From Vulcanimicrobiota bacterium (lineage in GTDB: Bacteria > Vulcanimicrobiota > Vulcanimicrobiia > Vulcanimicrobiales > Vulcanimicrobiaceae), in NCBI GenBank assembly GCA_003135555.1, contig PLCF01000064.1, positions 1 through 25,879 on the forward strand: DNA of 25,879 nucleotides. The letters are read 5' to 3'. Every line of letters starts with the position of its first letter. The stretch's first letter is position 1. The position numbers and the translations under genes were made by a program. Positions 16,731 to 25,879 of this stretch are shown here, in pieces. The notes under the pieces were generated by a model that saw only the letters and a program-made list of their open reading frames with translations, searched no databases and had not been told where the DNA came from.

Positions 16731-18326
16731 CTACCCGAGCTGAGACTCCGCGAGGTCGAGGTCCCACTGCAGATGGCGGAAGAGGTCGTCGGTCACCGTG
16801 CCGGCGTGCCGCAGGTTCTCCAGGGCGCGGCGCTCGGCGGCGTACGCCTCACGGCGCAGGCGACGCTCGATCTCGTGCTGCTGCGCGTCGCCGTCCGGTA
16901 CGGTTCCACCGGCGTGCGCCGTGAAGTGCGCGACGCGCAGCTCGTAGTGGGCATGCAGCCGGCCCGCGACCTCCCACTCTGCGGGCGACGCGAACGACGG
17001 CTCGAGCGCGTGCAAGTGGTCACGGACCGCTTGGGCGAGCTGCACGCGGGCCGCCGCGACGGCCTGCTCGTCCTCGTCGTCTCCGGTGACGCCCAAGCGC
17101 CGGATCAGCCACGGCAGCGCGAGCCCTTCGCCGACCAGCGTCACCAGGATCACGACGAAGGTAACGAACAGGATCAGACTGCGCTGCGGAAACGGGACGC
17201 CCGGCGCGATCACCTCGGGCAGCGCGAGCGCCGCGGCGAGCGAGACGATCCCGCGCATCCCCGCCGCGCTCATCACGAAGATCGACTGCCACGGCGGATC
17301 GGGACCTTCGGACTCCCGAATTTTCGGGAAGAGGTAGCGCCGTCCGTACGCGGCCGGAAACATCCACACGAAGCGCACCAGGATGACCGCGAGCGCGATC
17401 ACCAGCGACGAACCGATCACCGTCGCGAGCGAGTAGGGTGCGAGCGCACGCACGATCGCGGGAAGCTGCAATCCGATCAGCACGAATGCGGCGCCGTTGA
17501 AGGCGAAGAACAACAGGTTCCACGTGTAAGCAGCGGCTATCCGCGCGTCGGCGTCGAAGATCTGGGAAGACTTGCCGCTCATGTAGATCCCGCCCGCCAT
17601 CGCGGCGAGAACGCCCGACGCGCCGATCGCGTCGGCCGGGACGTACAGCGCGAACGGCGTCACCAGCGAGATCGAGACCAAGATCAGCTCGTCGGCCAGC
17701 CCGGCTTTGCGTATCGCGATGGAGATCTTTGCGATCAGCCATCCAACCGCGAGCCCGACCGCGACGCCGGCGACGACGACGTAGACGAAGCGCAGCGTCG
17801 CGTCGAGCAGTGAGAACGCGCCGGTCAGGACGGCAGCGACCGCGAAGCGGTAGATGACCAGGCCGGTCGCGTCGTTGACCAGACTTTCGCCGCTGATGAT
17901 CGTGAGCAGCGTGCGCGGCAGCGGAACCTCTTCGGCGATCGCGTCGGTCGCGACCGCGTCGGTCGGCGAGAGGATCGCGCCCAGCACGAACCCGAGCGCG
18001 AGCGGAAAACCCATCAGCCAGTGCGCGACGTACGCGACGATCACCGAGGTGAATGCGACCAGCCCGATCGCCAGCATGAAGATCGGCTGGTAGAATCGTT
18101 TGAACGCGGGATAGTCGGTCGTCCAGCCGTCGCCGAAGATCAGCGCCGGCAGAAACAGCAGAAAGACCAGATCCGGCCGCAGCTCGATCGCGGGCACGCC
18201 GGGGATCAGCGCCAGCGCGATCCCGCCCAGCACGAAGACGACGGGGTACGGGACGCGCAGCTTCTTCGCCAGCAGCGCGAGGGCCACGATCGCGGCCAGG
18301 ATCGAGACCAGCAGCACCCCGGTCAT
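16731..18326 (-). CDS. Na+/H+ antiporter, CPA1 (NhaP/YjcE-like)
   Basis: VPYPVVFV, LFLPALIF, GAILSPTDAVA, GESLVNDATG, GMRGIVSLAAALALP. ATG at 18326 overlaps the MFS stop (ATGA). Confidence 0.93.
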   Translation of the reverse strand: MTGVLLVSILAAIVALALLAKKLRVPYPVVFVLGGIALALIPGVPAIELRPDLVFLLFLPALIFGDGWTTDYPAFKRFYQPIFMLAIGLVAFTSVIVAYVAHWLMGFPLALGFVLGAILSPTDAVATDAIAEEVPLPRTLLTIISGESLVNDATGLVIYRFAVAAVLTGAFSLLDATLRFVYVVVAGVAVGLAVGWLIAKISIAIRKAGLADELILVSISLVTPFALYVPADAIGASGVLAAMAGGIYMSGKSSQIFDADARIAAAYTWNLLFFAFNGAAFVLIGLQLPAIVRALAPYSLATVIGSSLVIALAVILVRFVWMFPAAYGRRYLFPKIRESEGPDPPWQSIFVMSAAGMRGIVSLAAALALPEVIAPGVPFPQRSLILFVTFVVILVTLVGEGLALPWLIRRLGVTGDDEDEQAVAAARVQLAQAVRDHLHALEPSFASPAEWEVAGRLHAHYELRVAHFTAHAGGTVPDGDAQQHEIERRLRREAYAAERRALENLRHAGTVTDDLFRHLQWDLDLAESQLG

Positions 18327-19564
18327 GCGTCGCGCACCTGCGGCTTGGCCAACCCGATCCACAGCGCGAACAGCAGCGCGATGATGCCCGCCAGCACGAA
18401 CGTCCAGCGCAGCTCCAAAACGGTGGCGAGCGCCCCGACGATCAGCGAACCGAAGGGCACCAGGCCCAGCAAGATCATCGAGTACACCGAGATCGCGCGA
18501 CCCCGCATCTCGTCCGGCGCGAGCGTCTGCAGCAAGATGTTCGAGGAACCGATGAAGCTCATGGTGGCCAGGCCGATCACCATCAGGCACACCGCGGCCA
18601 GACCGAACGAGGTCGTCAGCCCGAGCGCGGCCACGCCGACCGCGCCCAGGACCGCCGAGCCGACCCAGATTCGCCCGCGCCGGTCGGCGCCGGTCGCCGC
18701 GGTGAAGAACGCTCCGGCGATCGCGCCCAATCCGGTCGCCGCCATGAGCCAGCCCAGTCCTTTGGCATCGGTATGGATGACGTGCACCGCATACGCCGGC
18801 AGCAAGAAGTTGTACGGCCGGATCGTGACCGAGCTGACCACCAGCAAGAGCACCACCCAGCGCAGCACCGGATGCTCGACCAGGAACCGCACGCCTTCGC
18901 GAATCGCCGCGAAGACGTTGCCGCGATGCGTGCTCGAAGGCGGCGCGGGTTTCATGAAGACCAGCGCGATCACGACGGCGAGCGTGGTGAGCGCGTTCAC
19001 CAGGAAACACGGCGCGACGCCGATCCCCGCGATGAGCAAGCCGGCCAGCGGCGGGCCCGCGACGCTGGGCGCGTTGAACGCGACCGAGTTCAGCCCGATC
19101 GCGCCGCCGACCATCTCGCGCGGAACCATCAGCGGCACCCAGCTCTGGCGCGCCGGGGCGTCGAACGCCTGCGTCGCGGCGTTCATCCCGCTGGTGATCA
19201 TGAGCGCCCACAGCGGAGCGTGCTCCGTGGCGATCAGCGCGAAGATGACGAACGACAGCACCGACGTCATCCCGTTGGTGACGAAGAGCACCAAGCGGCG
19301 CGGGTAGCGGTCGGCGACGACGCCGGCCAGCGGCGAGAGCACGAGCACCGGCAGCGCGCGCGCTGCGCCGATGAGCCCGATGTCGAGCGCGCCGATGCGC
19401 GCGTTGGGCGCCAGCGACGCGACGTAGTACCCCAGCGCGGTGAACTGCACCCAGGTGCCGAAGTTCGAGACCAGCAGCCCACCCCACAAGAGCCTGAAAT
19501 TCTTGAAGCGGAACGGGTCGAGAAAGCCGGGGCGGCGATCGGGTATCCGCGGTTCTGCGTTCAA
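18323..19564 (-). CDS. MFS transporter (MFS_3/DUF894, EntS-like)
   Basis: FRLLWGGLLVSNFGTW, GVVADRYPRR, FDAPARQS, APDEMRGR; about 12 TM helices. TTG start overlaps the upstream stop. Confidence 0.92.
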   Translation of the reverse strand: MNAEPRIPDRRPGFLDPFRFKNFRLLWGGLLVSNFGTWVQFTALGYYVASLAPNARIGALDIGLIGAARALPVLVLSPLAGVVADRYPRRLVLFVTNGMTSVLSFVIFALIATEHAPLWALMITSGMNAATQAFDAPARQSWVPLMVPREMVGGAIGLNSVAFNAPSVAGPPLAGLLIAGIGVAPCFLVNALTTLAVVIALVFMKPAPPSSTHRGNVFAAIREGVRFLVEHPVLRWVVLLLVVSSVTIRPYNFLLPAYAVHVIHTDAKGLGWLMAATGLGAIAGAFFTAATGADRRGRIWVGSAVLGAVGVAALGLTTSFGLAAVCLMVIGLATMSFIGSSNILLQTLAPDEMRGRAISVYSMILLGLVPFGSLIVGALATVLELRWTFVLAGIIALLFALWIGLAKPQVRDA

Positions 19565-20172
19565 ACTGCTGCCGCGCGCACCGCGCCGATCACGATCTCG
19601 GCGCTGCCGTCGACCCCGAAACGCGACGAGTCCAGGACCAGGTCGTAGTTGCGCGGATCGCCCCAGGTGACGCGATACCCTTCGCGCGCGTAGTTCCGGC
19701 GCGCCTCATCGATGCGCGCGATCTCGGCTCGCGCCGCGGCTTCGTCGACCGCGAGCGACTCGGCGACGTGCGCCACCCGCCAGGCCAGCGGCGCCTGGAT
19801 GAAGACGCGCACTACGTCGGTGCGCGGCCCGAGGATCGCGCTCGCCATCCGCCCGACGATCACGACGCTTCCGCCCGCGGCTTCGTCGCGCACGGCCGCT
19901 TCGATCGCGCGCCGCGCATCGGCCGGAAAGTCGTCGGCCGCCGGCGGCTGCGCCGCCTCCGGTATCCCTCCGCCCAGATTGGCCAGCACCCGCTCCCCGA
20001 ACCCCCGCGGCCGCTCGGAGACGGTTTGGACCACCTCGGCCGACGTGCCCAGCCGCCACGCCGCGACGACGGGCAGCTGCTCGTCGACCAGGCGGTACCC
20101 GAGGCGCTCGGCCACGATGCGCGACACCGCCTGCCCGGACGCGCCGTAGGCGCGCGAGATCGTGACGATCAT
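19561..20172 (-). CDS. Cytidylate kinase-like family protein
   Basis: IVTISRAYGASG..VAERLGY..D, VIVGR, RVFIQAP..WR, D..R..Y, WGDPRNYDLVLDSS. Start is ATG 20172 (alternative GTG 20205). Confidence 0.88.
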   Translation of the reverse strand: MIVTISRAYGASGQAVSRIVAERLGYRLVDEQLPVVAAWRLGTSAEVVQTVSERPRGFGERVLANLGGGIPEAAQPPAADDFPADARRAIEAAVRDEAAGGSVVIVGRMASAILGPRTDVVRVFIQAPLAWRVAHVAESLAVDEAAARAEIARIDEARRNYAREGYRVTWGDPRNYDLVLDSSRFGVDGSAEIVIGAVRAAAV

Positions 20173-20249
20173 GCCGCCGGAGTTCGACTGCGACCGTTCG
20201 ATCACCGGCGGGCGAAGGAGACCGCTGCCCGTGAGTCCTACGCCGCGGT

Positions 20250-20531
20250 ATGGCGAGTCCGAGCTTCGAGCAGCGAGTCGCGCAGGTCGACCGCCGCATC
20301 CGTGAGATCCGGTCCGACGTCGCGGGTGAGATCAGCCGCGACGACGCGCCCGAGAACACCGCGACGTGGAAGCGCAGCGGCGTGTGGGCGACGCTCAGCC
20401 TGCACGACGACGCGCGCTTGGAGCTCTCGCTGCACCCCGCCGCCGAGGTTCCCGACATCCTGGAGATCCGGATCGACGACGCCGACGTCGTCGACATGAT
20501 CGCGGTCCCGGTCGCCGATCATTTGAAGTAG
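20250..20531 (+). CDS. Hypothetical protein (93 aa)
   Basis: Fills the gap between two minus-strand genes; GC-rich third positions and globular-looking sequence; no recognised motif. Confidence 0.65.
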   Translation: MASPSFEQRVAQVDRRIREIRSDVAGEISRDDAPENTATWKRSGVWATLSLHDDARLELSLHPAAEVPDILEIRIDDADVVDMIAVPVADHLK

Positions 20532-21412
20532 CCGTCGTCGAGCAGCGGGATCGCAACCCCGGGCGCCGGCGCCTCAAAGGCGAAGAGCGCGCCCCCCAGC
20601 GGTTGCGGTTCGGCGCCGGGCGGGTTGGCCGTGGTGACGTAGGCCGTGCGCAGGCCGGGGCCGCCGAAGGCGATCATCGTCACGGCGGCGACCGGGATCC
20701 GCACCTCGCGCTCGATGCGGCCGTCAGGCGTGAAGCGCACGACCTTGCCGGCGTTGTAGACCGCGTTCCAATAGCAGCCGGCGGTGTCGGTCGCGCCGCC
20801 GTCGGGGCCGCCGCGCGGTACCTCGACGCGGGCGAACGTGCGCCGCTCCCCGATGATGCCGCGCTCGGCGTCGAGCACGTCGTGCGCGTAGATCTCCCAC
20901 GCCGCGGTGTCGGCATGGTACATGATGCGTCCGTCCGCGCTCCAGGCCAGCCCGTTCGAGATGCGCACCGGCGGCGACTTCGCGACGTGCGTGCCGTCGG
21001 GAGCGATGCGGCACAACGGCGCGACCTTGGGGCCTTCGCCGCGCCGGTCGAGCGGCCCATATGCCGGACCGACCCAAAAGCGGCCCAGCGGGTCGGCCTT
21101 GCCGTCGTTCCAGAAGAAGCGGCGCGCGTCGAACGGGGCGGGAGCGAACGCGTCGAGCCGAGCGGTGCGGCGGTCGAACCGGAACAGACCGGTACGCAGC
21201 GCGATGAGCATGCGGTCTCCCGAGCCCAGCGCAAACGATCCGGTCCACGCCGGCATCGTCCATTCCTCGTCCGTCCCGGTGCCCGGATCGTAACGGTGCA
21301 GCTTCTCGGCGAAGGTGTCGCACCAGTACACCACGTTCTCGGCAGCGCACCACGTCGGGCACTCGCCGTTGACGGCGTGCGCATCGAGAACCAGGTCGAC
21401 CTCGCTCTGCAT
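20519..21412 (-). CDS. SMP-30/gluconolactonase/LRE family lactonase
   Basis: GECPTW, NDGKADPLGRFW, ISNGLAWS, PDGGATD..GCYW, AFGGPGLRTAYVTT; ATG at 21412. Confidence 0.93.
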   Translation of the reverse strand: MQSEVDLVLDAHAVNGECPTWCAAENVVYWCDTFAEKLHRYDPGTGTDEEWTMPAWTGSFALGSGDRMLIALRTGLFRFDRRTARLDAFAPAPFDARRFFWNDGKADPLGRFWVGPAYGPLDRRGEGPKVAPLCRIAPDGTHVAKSPPVRISNGLAWSADGRIMYHADTAAWEIYAHDVLDAERGIIGERRTFARVEVPRGGPDGGATDTAGCYWNAVYNAGKVVRFTPDGRIEREVRIPVAAVTMIAFGGPGLRTAYVTTANPPGAEPQPLGGALFAFEAPAPGVAIPLLDDGYFK

Positions 21413-21438
21413 CCGGTACAACTCGCCGCAGCGGCCGG

Positions 21439-23364
21439 TCAGACCTTGAGCGCGACGCCGAACTCGATGATGCGGTCGGGCGGGATCCCCAGCGAATCGG
21501 TGAGCGGGTTGGCATTGCGCATCATGTAACTCAACAGCCAGCGGCGCCACTTGGGGAAGGTGCGCGGTCCGGTGTCGGGGACGATGCGCGGACGCGCCAA
21601 GAAGTAGTCGGCGTCCTCGAGGTCGATCGCGCGCGGGATCTGCGGGCGGCAGCGCCTCAGGACGTCGCCGACGTCGGGCGTCTCCATGAACCCGTAGTGC
21701 GCGGTGATCCGGGTGAGCCGCGGGACGATCTGCTCGACGTGCACGCGTTCGGCCGGATCGACGTAAGGCCGGCGGTGGTTGACGAGGGTGAGCAGGACGA
21801 CTTCCTCGCGCAGCACGCGCGAACGCAGCCAGTGGTGGCGCAGGATGAACGGGATCCCTTCGGGATGCGGCGTCAGGAAGATCGCGGTGCCGTCGGTGAT
21901 CGTAGCGGGCTTCTGCTTGACCTCGCGCACGAACTCCGCGATCGGCGTCGACAGCGCGGCGAGCGCGGTCGCGAGTCGCCGCCGCCCCGAGAGCCAGGTC
22001 GTGAAGAGCGTGAAGATCACGACCGCGATGCCGACGGGGATGTAGCCGCCCTCGGCAAACTTCGGCAGGTTGCCGGCCAAGAACGCCAGATCGACGACGA
22101 GGAAGAGCGCGATCAGCGGCACGATCTGCGCCAGCCGCCACCCAAAGCGGCCCCGCAGCACCCACCCGATCGTCAGCGAGTCGGCGAGCATCGTGACGGT
22201 CACCGCGAGACCGTAGGCGGCACCGAGCCGGTCGGAGCTGCGGAACCAGAAGACCAGCGCCAGACACGCGATCGCCAGGCACATGTTGACGAACGGCATG
22301 TAGATCTGCCCCTCGACGGCGTGCGAGGTGTGCACGACCTTGAGCCGCGGCAGGTACCCCAGCTGTACCGCCTGCTGGGTGAGCGAAAAAGCCCCGGTGA
22401 TCAGCGCTTGCGACGCGATCACCGTCGCCGCCGTCGCCAGCATCACCATCGGAATGAGCGACCAGCCGGGAAACATCGCGTAGAACGGGTTCTGCAGGGC
22501 GGCGGGATCGGCCAGCGTGAGCGCGCCCTGACCGTAGTAGTTGAGCAGCAGCGCCGGGAACACGATGCAATACCACGCCATGCGGATCGCGTTGCGGCCG
22601 AAGTGCGCCAGATCGGCGAACATCGCCTCGACGCCGGTGACGCACAGGACGACCGCACCGAGCACGAGGATCGCCGCGAAGCCGTTGCGCGCTACGAAGG
22701 CGAGGGCGTACAGCGGGTTGAGCGCGACGAGCACGTGGGGGTCGCGCACGATCTCGAACGCGCCGCCGGCCGCCAGCGCGGCGAACCACGCCACCATCAC
22801 CGGGCCGAAAACCGCGCCGATCCTCCCGGCGCCGCGCGCCTGCACCGCGAACAATCCGAGCAAGATGGCCACGGTGATCGGCACGATGAACGGTTGCGCC
22901 GCCGAGGTGGCGACGCCGATCCCCTCGACCGCCGAGAGAACCGAGATCGCCGGCGTGATCACGCCGTCGCCGAACACCATCCCGGCGGCAAAGAGCAGCA
23001 TGAACCCGACGAACGTGAGCCGGGCCGGAATCCCGACGCGGCTGGTAGGCCGCAGCTGCGCGAGCAGCGCGAGCGTTCCGCCTTCGCCGTCGTTGTCGGC
23101 CCGCAGCACGATCGTGGCGTACTTCACGCACACCACCAGGATCAGCGCCCAGGTAATGAGCGACAGGATTCCCAGCACGTGCTCGGGCGCCGGCGAGAAA
23201 CCGCGGCCGGTGGTGAAACATTGCTTGAAGGCGTACAGCGGGCTGGTCCCGATGTCGCCGAACACCACGCCCAGCGCCGCCAGCGCGAGCGGGCCCATCC
23301 GCGTCTCGCCCGCCGGACCGGGTTCGCTCGAGCGCAGACGCGCGGCAGCGGCCGTGGTGTCCAT
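21439..23364 (-). CDS. kup: KUP/HAK/KT potassium uptake transporter (copy 1)
   Basis: GVVFGDIGTSPLY, RADNDGEGG, GDGVITPAISVLSAVEG, TGVEAMFADLAHFG, IASQA, GQIYMP. Confidence 0.96.
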   Translation of the reverse strand: MDTTAAAARLRSSEPGPAGETRMGPLALAALGVVFGDIGTSPLYAFKQCFTTGRGFSPAPEHVLGILSLITWALILVVCVKYATIVLRADNDGEGGTLALLAQLRPTSRVGIPARLTFVGFMLLFAAGMVFGDGVITPAISVLSAVEGIGVATSAAQPFIVPITVAILLGLFAVQARGAGRIGAVFGPVMVAWFAALAAGGAFEIVRDPHVLVALNPLYALAFVARNGFAAILVLGAVVLCVTGVEAMFADLAHFGRNAIRMAWYCIVFPALLLNYYGQGALTLADPAALQNPFYAMFPGWSLIPMVMLATAATVIASQALITGAFSLTQQAVQLGYLPRLKVVHTSHAVEGQIYMPFVNMCLAIACLALVFWFRSSDRLGAAYGLAVTVTMLADSLTIGWVLRGRFGWRLAQIVPLIALFLVVDLAFLAGNLPKFAEGGYIPVGIAVVIFTLFTTWLSGRRRLATALAALSTPIAEFVREVKQKPATITDGTAIFLTPHPEGIPFILRHHWLRSRVLREEVVLLTLVNHRRPYVDPAERVHVEQIVPRLTRITAHYGFMETPDVGDVLRRCRPQIPRAIDLEDADYFLARPRIVPDTGPRTFPKWRRWLLSYMMRNANPLTDSLGIPPDRIIEFGVALKV

Positions 23365-23400
23365 ATTCCCGAAGCCTACCCGCTCAGGCGCCGGATTCGA

Positions 23401-25272
23401 TCACATGGCAACCGTTACGCCGAGCTCGACGCGGCGTTCGGCCTTGATGTGGAGATCGTCGGGAAGCGGGCGTGCGTTCCGCTGCAGCGCCGCGAACAGC
23501 TCGCGCCGCCAACCCGGCATCCCACCGTGCTCGGCCGGCTCGATCTTGGGGTCCGCGTAGAAGAACGACGTGTCGTCACGGTCGAGATTGAGGCCGAACG
23601 CCTCGCACGAGCGTAGGATCGGCCCGATCGCGGGCGCCTCCATGTAGCCGAAACGCGCGATGACGCGCACGAGCCGCAGCGAAAGCCGCTCGACGGTCAC
23701 CCGTTCGTGATCGGTCAGCAAGTACGGCGTCGGCGCGCGCGAGATGTTCAAGATGACGATGCGCTCCTCTTGAGCCCGGTCGCGAATCCAGCGATGGCGC
23801 GCCAGGAACGGCACGCCGCGTGGGTCGGGGGTGAGAAAGACCATCGTCCCGTGCTCGCCGACGCCGGCGGGCAGCTTCTCGAGCACCGTTTCGATCGGGG
23901 TCTGCTGCTCCGCGAGCGCTTTGGACAGCGAGCGCCGCCCTTCGAGCCAGGTCAAGCTCATCAGGACGAGCGCCGCGCTCGTCGTGAGCGGGATCCAGCC
24001 ACCCGCGAGCACCTTCGGCAACGACGCCAGCACCAGGCTTCCGTCGACGACGACGAACAGGCTGACCAGCGCGAGCGATGCGATGCGGTTCCAGTGCAGC
24101 ACCTTGGTGATGACGACGAAATACGTCAGCGACGTGCACAGCATCGTGAAGCCGATCGCCAGCCCGTACAACGATGCCAGCGCATCGCTGGACCGGAAGC
24201 CTAGGACCAGGATCGCGCAGCCGATGGCGAGCCAGCGGTTCACCGACGGGACGAACACCTGGCCCTTGTAGCGGTGCGAGGTGTGCTGGACGAGCACGCG
24301 CGGCGCGAGGTTGAGCGCGATCGCCTGTTCGACCAGCGTGAACGTCCCGGAGATGAGCGCTTGCGAGGCGATGACCGTCGCGCACGTCGCCAGCACCACC
24401 ATCGGAATGAGCGCCCAGGCCGGCGTCAACGCGTAGAACGGGTTGGCGATCGTGCGCGGATCGTTGAGCAGGTTCGCGCCCTGTCCGAAATAATTCAGCA
24501 CGAGCGCCGGAAAGACCAGCGTGTACCAGCCCGTCACGATCGGCCCGCGGCCGAAGTGCGACAGGTCGGCGTACATCGCCTCGACCCCGGTCACGGCGAG
24601 CACCACGCCGCCCAGGATGGTGAACCCCGCCAAACCGTTGCGCCCGGCGAACTGCATCGCGTAGCGCGGGTCGAGCGCGTGCACGACCTCGGGGTGCGCC
24701 ACGACCGCAAGCGCCCCGAGCACGCCGATCACGACGAACCAGGCGAGCATCACCGGGCCGAACAGCGCGCCGACGCGCTCGGTGCCGCCGCGTTGCAGCG
24801 CGAAGAGTCCGACGATCACGCCCAGCGAGATCGGCACGATGTAGGGGTGAAACGCCGACGAGACGACGCCGATCCCTTCGACGGCCGAGATCACCGAGAT
24901 CGCCGGCGTGATGATGCCGTCTCCGATCATCGTCGACGAACCGATGATGACGATCACCGTAAGCACGGTGCGCCGGATCATCGCGCCGTTCTGGCGGGCC
25001 GGCGAAGCCAGCGCGAGCAAGGCCAGGATACCGCCCTCGCCTTCGTGGTCGACGCGCGTGATGAAGGTGGCGTACTTGATGCACACCACGATCACCAGCG
25101 TCCAGAACAGCAGCGAGCAGATCCCCAACACGTCGGCGAGTCCGCCCTTTGAACCGGCCAAGCCGAGGCAGACCTTGAGCGTGTAGAGTGGGCTGGTCCC
25201 GATGTCTCCGAACACGATGCCCAGCGCGGCGACGGTGAGGATCATTGGGGTTTTCGAACCGGGCTGGGTCAC
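23401..25272 (-). CDS. kup: KUP/HAK/KT potassium uptake transporter (copy 2)
   Basis: GIVFGDIGTSPLY, GEGG, GDGIITPAISVISAVEG, TGVEAMYADLSHFG, IASQA. Start is GTG 25272 or ATG 25245. Confidence 0.95.
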   Translation of the reverse strand: MTQPGSKTPMILTVAALGIVFGDIGTSPLYTLKVCLGLAGSKGGLADVLGICSLLFWTLVIVVCIKYATFITRVDHEGEGGILALLALASPARQNGAMIRRTVLTVIVIIGSSTMIGDGIITPAISVISAVEGIGVVSSAFHPYIVPISLGVIVGLFALQRGGTERVGALFGPVMLAWFVVIGVLGALAVVAHPEVVHALDPRYAMQFAGRNGLAGFTILGGVVLAVTGVEAMYADLSHFGRGPIVTGWYTLVFPALVLNYFGQGANLLNDPRTIANPFYALTPAWALIPMVVLATCATVIASQALISGTFTLVEQAIALNLAPRVLVQHTSHRYKGQVFVPSVNRWLAIGCAILVLGFRSSDALASLYGLAIGFTMLCTSLTYFVVITKVLHWNRIASLALVSLFVVVDGSLVLASLPKVLAGGWIPLTTSAALVLMSLTWLEGRRSLSKALAEQQTPIETVLEKLPAGVGEHGTMVFLTPDPRGVPFLARHRWIRDRAQEERIVILNISRAPTPYLLTDHERVTVERLSLRLVRVIARFGYMEAPAIGPILRSCEAFGLNLDRDDTSFFYADPKIEPAEHGGMPGWRRELFAALQRNARPLPDDLHIKAERRVELGVTVAM

Positions 25273-25327
25273 AGAATGTGATACTCGCCTGCGGCGCGCA
25301 GGATTCCCCCGCGCCGGACCTCCGCGC

Positions 25328-25879
25328 TCAGAGGGCGGCTGCCGGCAGGGCGACGATCCCGAGCGCGACGGCTCGGGCGACGGCACGGGCGCGGGAGTTG
25401 ACGCCGAGCTTCCCGGTGACGCGCGCGACGTGCGTCTCGACGGTTCGTGCGGAGAGCACCAGACGCTGCGCGATCTCGCGGTTGGTCAGCCCGGTCGCAA
25501 GCAGCTCGAGGATCTCGCGCTCGCGCCCCGTCAGCGTCTCGAGCGGCGGCTCGGCTTGCGCCGGCGCGGCACGGCCGCGCAGATGCGGCGCGGCAAGGCG
25601 CGCCAGCACGTGCGTCTCGAACCGCGGACCGCTGCGCGTCGCCACGGCGAACGCGTCCTCGAACGCCGGCGGCGCGAGCGTCCCGCGCGCGACGCGGTAG
25701 ACCATCGCGGCGAGCGCAGCGAGGCCCACAGGCTCGGCGCGCCGCGCGAGCAGTCCCTCGAACGGCCCGCTGCGCAGCGGCGTCTGTACGGCGCGGCCGG
25801 CGAGCGCATCGAGCGCGTCGAGCATCTCCGCCGCCGACCACAACGCGACCGCATCGGCGCCGTCGACCGGCGTCGCCTC
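25328..25879 (-). CDS. LuxR-type C-terminal HTH transcriptional regulator, 5'-truncated
   Basis: LTGREREILELLATGLTNREIAQRLVLSARTVETHVARVTGKLG; frame stays open to the window edge. Confidence 0.9.
   Translation of the reverse strand, partial: EATPVDGADAVALWSAAEMLDALDALAGRAVQTPLRSGPFEGLLARRAEPVGLAALAAMVYRVARGTLAPPAFEDAFAVATRSGPRFETHVLARLAAPHLRGRAAPAQAEPPLETLTGREREILELLATGLTNREIAQRLVLSARTVETHVARVTGKLGVNSRARAVARAVALGIVALPAAAL

Noticed and set aside
8462..23381. Recurring GGGTA(G/C) hexamers upstream of starts (8462-8467 +, 16736-16731 -, 23381-23376 -) resembling SigB/SigF -10 boxes
   Set aside because: No matching -35 element was found, one copy includes a stop codon, and the motif is too short to separate from chance.

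Overview
A GC-rich, gene-dense bacterial chromosomal window with no rRNA, tRNA, CRISPR array, transposase or integrase. The style of the signal peptides and lipoproteins suggests a soil diderm such as Vulcanimicrobiota/Eremiobacterota (inference only). In order it carries: a partial FSR-like MFS transporter; on the minus strand an IlvD/Edd L-arabinonate dehydratase, an ankyrin-repeat protein and an MmsA/IolA dehydrogenase; a divergent EF-G paralog lacking the catalytic His and the RGITI motif; a His-rich secreted protein bracketed by a 13-bp direct repeat; and a lipoprotein. Next come a coupled four-gene envelope operon (frameshifted putative outer-membrane protein, SGNH lipoprotein, LolA-like protein, alpha/beta hydrolase), a histone-H1-like basic protein, and a coupled six-gene operon (cytidylate-kinase-like, MFS, Na+/H+ antiporter, SIMPL, DUF805/SRPBCC, serine hydrolase). 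The window ends with an SMP-30 lactonase, two tandem kup genes and a partial LuxR regulator. The best candidate for an undescribed system is a ~150-nt structured, switch-like RNA leader (3852-4003, minus strand) that can sequester the ribosome-binding site of the ankyrin gene, whose product has a distinct small N-terminal helical domain. All RNA pairings were worked out by eye, and no database searches were run.
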